A stretch of 39,664 nucleotides of DNA from Solobacterium sp. UBA3691 (GTDB lineage: Bacteria; Bacillota_I; Bacilli_A; Erysipelotrichales; Erysipelotrichaceae): NCBI GenBank assembly GCA_002372175.1, contig DFIS01000080.1, positions 1 through 39,664 of the forward strand. Direction: 5' to 3'. This document shows, in pieces, positions 36,655-39,664 of the stretch. Under the pieces are notes generated by a model. The model saw only the letters and a list, made by a program, of their open reading frames with translations, ran no database searches and had not been told where the DNA came from. Both the position numbers and the translations under genes were made by a program. The number at the start of each line of letters is the position of its first letter. Position 1 is the stretch's first letter.

Positions 36655-37904
36655 GCCTGACCTTCATCTTTATGTTTGGAACTCTTGAAACTTCTTACCG
36701 TAATATTCGGATTATTCGCATTCTTATCCGTACGGTTATCCTGTCTGCGCCTGTTTCTGTCCTTCTGACGGTTATTGTTCCGGCGCTGTTCATTCTTCTC
36801 TTTTGCCTGTTTGTTTTCTTCCTTACGCTGCGGTTTCTCCGGCTTCTGCTTTCTCGGCTCGTTATTTACCGCAAGCTGTGCAGGTGCCTTCTCCTGCGGA
36901 TTACTGATATTGTTTTCACGGCGGAAGGTACGCACTTCTGCCTTGTTCTTCTCTTTCGCTGTCTCTGCCTGCTTGGCTTCGATCTGGGCGCTTCTGACGA
37001 CCTTGACAGACCTTCTCTGTCCGTCTGCTGCCTTCTTGACCGATACACCCTTGCGGATGATACCCTTTTCTCTCAGCTCATCCAGCGTCAGGATACGGTA
37101 TGTCTCACTGTTTTCAATACGTGCTTCATTCGCGATGACATTGATCGAAGTGACTTTGTACAGTTCATCCTCGTATTCAACATTGCCGCCTAGCTTGGGC
37201 AGTCCGGCAATACACTGCTTGTATACATCATCCTCAAACTTCAGACAGCACATCAGCTTACCGCACATACCGGAAAGCTTTTCGATATTCAGCGCCAGCT
37301 GCTGGTTCTTCGCCATATTGATCGAGATGATGTCAAAGTGGTTCTTAAACCGTGTACAGCAGCACTCCATGCCGCAGATACCGATACCGCCGGTCATCTT
37401 CGCCTTATCTCTGTCACCGATCTGACGCAGTTCTATACGGCAGTGCAGTCTGGCCCCGAGACGCTTCAGCAGCTCACGGAAGTCCACTCTCTGTTCAGCC
37501 ATGTATACGATCAGGATCTTGGATCTGTCCAGCAGGTAGGAAGCACTGAGCAGACGCATCTGCAGACCGAGATCGGAGACCTCTTCCTGACATACTCTCA
37601 GGGCATCCTTGGCATAGATAAAATTGTCTTCAAAGTTCTGTATATCTTCTTCTGTAGCTTTTCTCAGTACAGGACTCAGTATCAGTTTCACAGGCTGCTT
37701 TTCAATACTAACGGATGAAGACTGACACTGTCCGAGTTCTATCCCCTGCGATGTCTCCACAACAACACGGTCTCCCGCACACAGTGTGGGGTCATCGGTT
37801 CCGAATGTATATGATTTACTGGTGTTATGAAACTTCACCTGTACTGTATATAGGAAAGTCCGGATCTCCGGTACGGCTTCCTGTGTATTTTCCACAACCG
37901 TCAT
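36651..37904 (-). CDS. ricT: PSP1-domain protein RicT/YaaT (stage 0 sporulation/RNase Y-associated), with an unusual ~130-aa highly basic C-terminal tail
   Basis: The cysteine-rich region is GICGMECCCTRF...CGKLMCCLKFEDD. It sits in the conserved holB–yaaT–rsmI position. The tail is KQKPEKPQRKEENKQAKEKNEQRRNNNRQKDRNRRRQDNRTDKN... Confidence 0.8.
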   Translation of the reverse strand: MTVVENTQEAVPEIRTFLYTVQVKFHNTSKSYTFGTDDPTLCAGDRVVVETSQGIELGQCQSSSVSIEKQPVKLILSPVLRKATEEDIQNFEDNFIYAKDALRVCQEEVSDLGLQMRLLSASYLLDRSKILIVYMAEQRVDFRELLKRLGARLHCRIELRQIGDRDKAKMTGGIGICGMECCCTRFKNHFDIISINMAKNQQLALNIEKLSGMCGKLMCCLKFEDDVYKQCIAGLPKLGGNVEYEDELYKVTSINVIANEARIENSETYRILTLDELREKGIIRKGVSVKKAADGQRRSVKVVRSAQIEAKQAETAKEKNKAEVRTFRRENNISNPQEKAPAQLAVNNEPRKQKPEKPQRKEENKQAKEKNEQRRNNNRQKDRNRRRQDNRTDKNANNPNITVRSFKSSKHKDEGQA

Positions 37905-39010
37905 TTTCCCAATACCTCCATTCTGTATATCGCCTGATCCATAAGCAGATTCAGGTCGTTATTCCGATTGATCAGATCCCTCTCCTCTACTGCGATCTTC
38001 AGGATCTTCGCAGTATCGGCATACCGGGGATGCTTTACAGCTTTATGATACCACGGCGGACCGTCTTCGGCACCACGCAGGATATCTTCACAGTATGTGA
38101 TGATCATCCCGAAAAACATCTGTACCAGAGCCAGATTCACATCCTTCACATTCTCTCCGGGACCGGCATCCTTCGGCTTTACCCGCATACGTACGTCGTA
38201 GTCCACCAGCAGATATGCCCGGTTTCCTTCCTCACCCAGCCATTGCCTGAACATGGTCTTGGCACGCTGGTATGCGGGGGAAGCCGCCATAGCCCCGTAA
38301 TCGCCGGTCTTGCCGGTGATGCGGGAAAGAAAGTAAGCATCTTCGGGATCGAGCCCTTCCTGCAGGGCAAGTTCATAGTATACGCTGCTGTCGATTGGTT
38401 TGAAGGGAACCGGCACACAGCGTGAGATGATCGTCGGCAGCACTCTTTCGCGGTTGTCGGTGATCAGGATCGCATAGACATTGTCAGCGGGTTCTTCAAG
38501 AAACTTGAGCAGGCTGTTCATGGCTCCGTAGGTCATATTCTCACAGTGTTCAAGGATATACAGCTTGCGGTCTCTTTCCTCCATGGATGTCTTGGCAAAG
38601 GCTTCCTGCAGATCATCCACATCATTCTTGTCGATTGCCTGACTGCCGGAGCCGTCATAGTACAGAAGATCGCCATAGGTGCCTTCAGCGATCCTGCGGG
38701 CATCTTCCTTGTCCTGACCGCTGAGTTTTTCCTCATCGATCAGTTCATGCGCACCGAGGATGATACTCTGGGCAAACAGTACCGCCATCTCCTTCTTCAG
38801 GGAACCTGCGGTACCGGTAAACAGGCAGGCATGGGGTACCTGATCCTGTTTCAGCGCCTGTTCAAGCATACGAAAAACCACCGGCTGATGTTCCGCCAGC
38901 AGTTTTCTTGAAGCGATCCTTGCGTTCAGCTGTATGCGTTCCGACTCTGTGCGTTCGTTGGCTTCTCTGACCTGTTCAGCTTCCTTCTTTGTCAGTGATA
39001 CCTTAGGCAT
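37901..39010 (-). CDS. holB: DNA polymerase III delta' subunit
   Basis: It has an AAA+ fold with PHACLFTG (the HAYLF-type box) and a sensor-1 IISRC. The AAGGAG RBS and the ATG at 39008-39010 lie just after the tmk stop. The ORF track's start at 39040 would overlap tmk by 38 nt. Even so, there is a ~50-aa N-terminal extension relative to typical HolB. Confidence 0.85.
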   Translation of the reverse strand: MPKVSLTKKEAEQVREANERTESERIQLNARIASRKLLAEHQPVVFRMLEQALKQDQVPHACLFTGTAGSLKKEMAVLFAQSIILGAHELIDEEKLSGQDKEDARRIAEGTYGDLLYYDGSGSQAIDKNDVDDLQEAFAKTSMEERDRKLYILEHCENMTYGAMNSLLKFLEEPADNVYAILITDNRERVLPTIISRCVPVPFKPIDSSVYYELALQEGLDPEDAYFLSRITGKTGDYGAMAASPAYQRAKTMFRQWLGEEGNRAYLLVDYDVRMRVKPKDAGPGENVKDVNLALVQMFFGMIITYCEDILRGAEDGPPWYHKAVKHPRYADTAKILKIAVEERDLINRNNDLNLLMDQAIYRMEVLGK

Positions 39011-39629
39011 CAAGGATCTCCTTGATGATCCTGCAGGCATCCTCTATGACTTCTTCGGGAGTGCGGCCGGCATCTACGCATATGATCCTGTCGGGATAGC
39101 GTCTGACGACTTCCTGATAGCCTTCGTATACAGCTCTGTGAAACTCTATGCTTTCCTGGTCAAGACGGTCAAGGAAACTGCGGTCAGCGATACGCTTCAG
39201 TCCCTCTTCGGCAGAGATGTCAAGAAAGATCGTCTTGTCAGGCATGGCCCCGGCAATCGCAAATTCGTTGATGGCATAGACTTCTTCAATGCCAAGTCCC
39301 CGGCCGCAGCCCTGATAGGCCAGTGAGCTGTCGACAAAACGGTCACAGATCACATGTGTGCCTTCTTCAAGAGCGGGGAAGACTCTGTCGACGAGGTGCT
39401 GACGTCTGCTTGCGGCATACAGTAAAGCCTCCGTACGGGCATCCATCTCCGTATTCTGCGGATCAAGGATGATACCGCGGATCTGTTCAGCGATATTACT
39501 GCCTCCGGGTTCCCTTGTATAACGTACGGGATAGCCCATCTCCTGCAGTTTCTTTACCACTGCCGTGCTGACGGTCGTCTTGCCGGATCCATCCGGACCT
39601 TCAAATGTAATAAACTTTCCTCTGGTCAT
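39003..39629 (-). CDS. tmk: Thymidylate kinase
   Basis: The P-loop FITFEGPDGSGKTT, a DRF/DRY-type motif and the 208-aa length are typical. Confidence 0.9.
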   Translation of the reverse strand: MTRGKFITFEGPDGSGKTTVSTAVVKKLQEMGYPVRYTREPGGSNIAEQIRGIILDPQNTEMDARTEALLYAASRRQHLVDRVFPALEEGTHVICDRFVDSSLAYQGCGRGLGIEEVYAINEFAIAGAMPDKTIFLDISAEEGLKRIADRSFLDRLDQESIEFHRAVYEGYQEVVRRYPDRIICVDAGRTPEEVIEDACRIIKEILDA

Positions 39630-39664
39630 CGATAAGATTATACCACGGGAGAAGCCTGTGATTC

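Noticed and set aside
35728-37425. Several 200+ aa + strand ORFs antisense to rsmI and ricT
   Set aside because: They are antisense to conserved housekeeping genes in a conserved syntenic block, with no features of their own.

Overview
This 39.7-kb window looks like a Firmicutes (Clostridia-like) chromosome segment. The right end carries the conserved tmk–holB–ricT(yaaT)–rsmI gene order; the rest is mostly minus-strand housekeeping, metabolic and transport genes. These include two MATE exporters plus a truncated tandem remnant, an esterase, an M16C peptidase, a D-2-hydroxyacid dehydrogenase, citrate-lyase-like citDEF, two GntR/FCD regulators, an NMT1-type lipoprotein SBP coupled to a giant MscS-family protein, a VanX-type dipeptidase, azlCD, leuCD-like dehydratase subunits, a phosphodiester glycosidase-like protein, a lactonase, a GH32 hydrolase, a flavin reductase and a PrsW-like protease. 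The main result is an AT-rich island at about 6.2–16.7 kb. By eye it is roughly 35–42% GC against about 50–60% in the flanks; this was not computed. It is inserted between the M16 peptidase and dehydrogenase genes and ends at a frameshifted serine-recombinase (resolvase) gene. The island encodes five co-directional genes. Two are large paralogous proteins built as N-terminal zinc-ribbon + helical region + TIR domain (with an aligned WxxxE catalytic-Glu position) + coiled-coil + a C-terminal DUF6273-like domain. One paralog has a single transmembrane helix, which gives it a Toll-like-receptor-like topology in inverted orientation. Between them lie an SPFH/band-7 protein flanked by three N-terminal zinc ribbons and three C-terminal near-identical 30-aa zinc-ribbon repeats (90-bp DNA tandem repeats), a tightly coupled 4-TM membrane protein, and a 313-aa protein with a C-terminal Rx4H (HEPN-like) motif. 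I read this as a candidate undescribed TIR-based membrane signalling or anti-phage (Thoeris-like, abortive-infection type) module. Separately, GTATAC-core palindromes (for example ATTGTATACAAT, ATGTATACAT, CTGTATA-cga-TATACAG, ATTGTACACAA) recur in three intergenic regions upstream of citD/gntR, leuC/gntR and azlC. This suggests a shared GntR regulon. No rRNA, tRNA or CRISPR arrays were seen. All calls rest on visual reading of the sequence and the ORF translations, so domain calls need HMM or structure confirmation.
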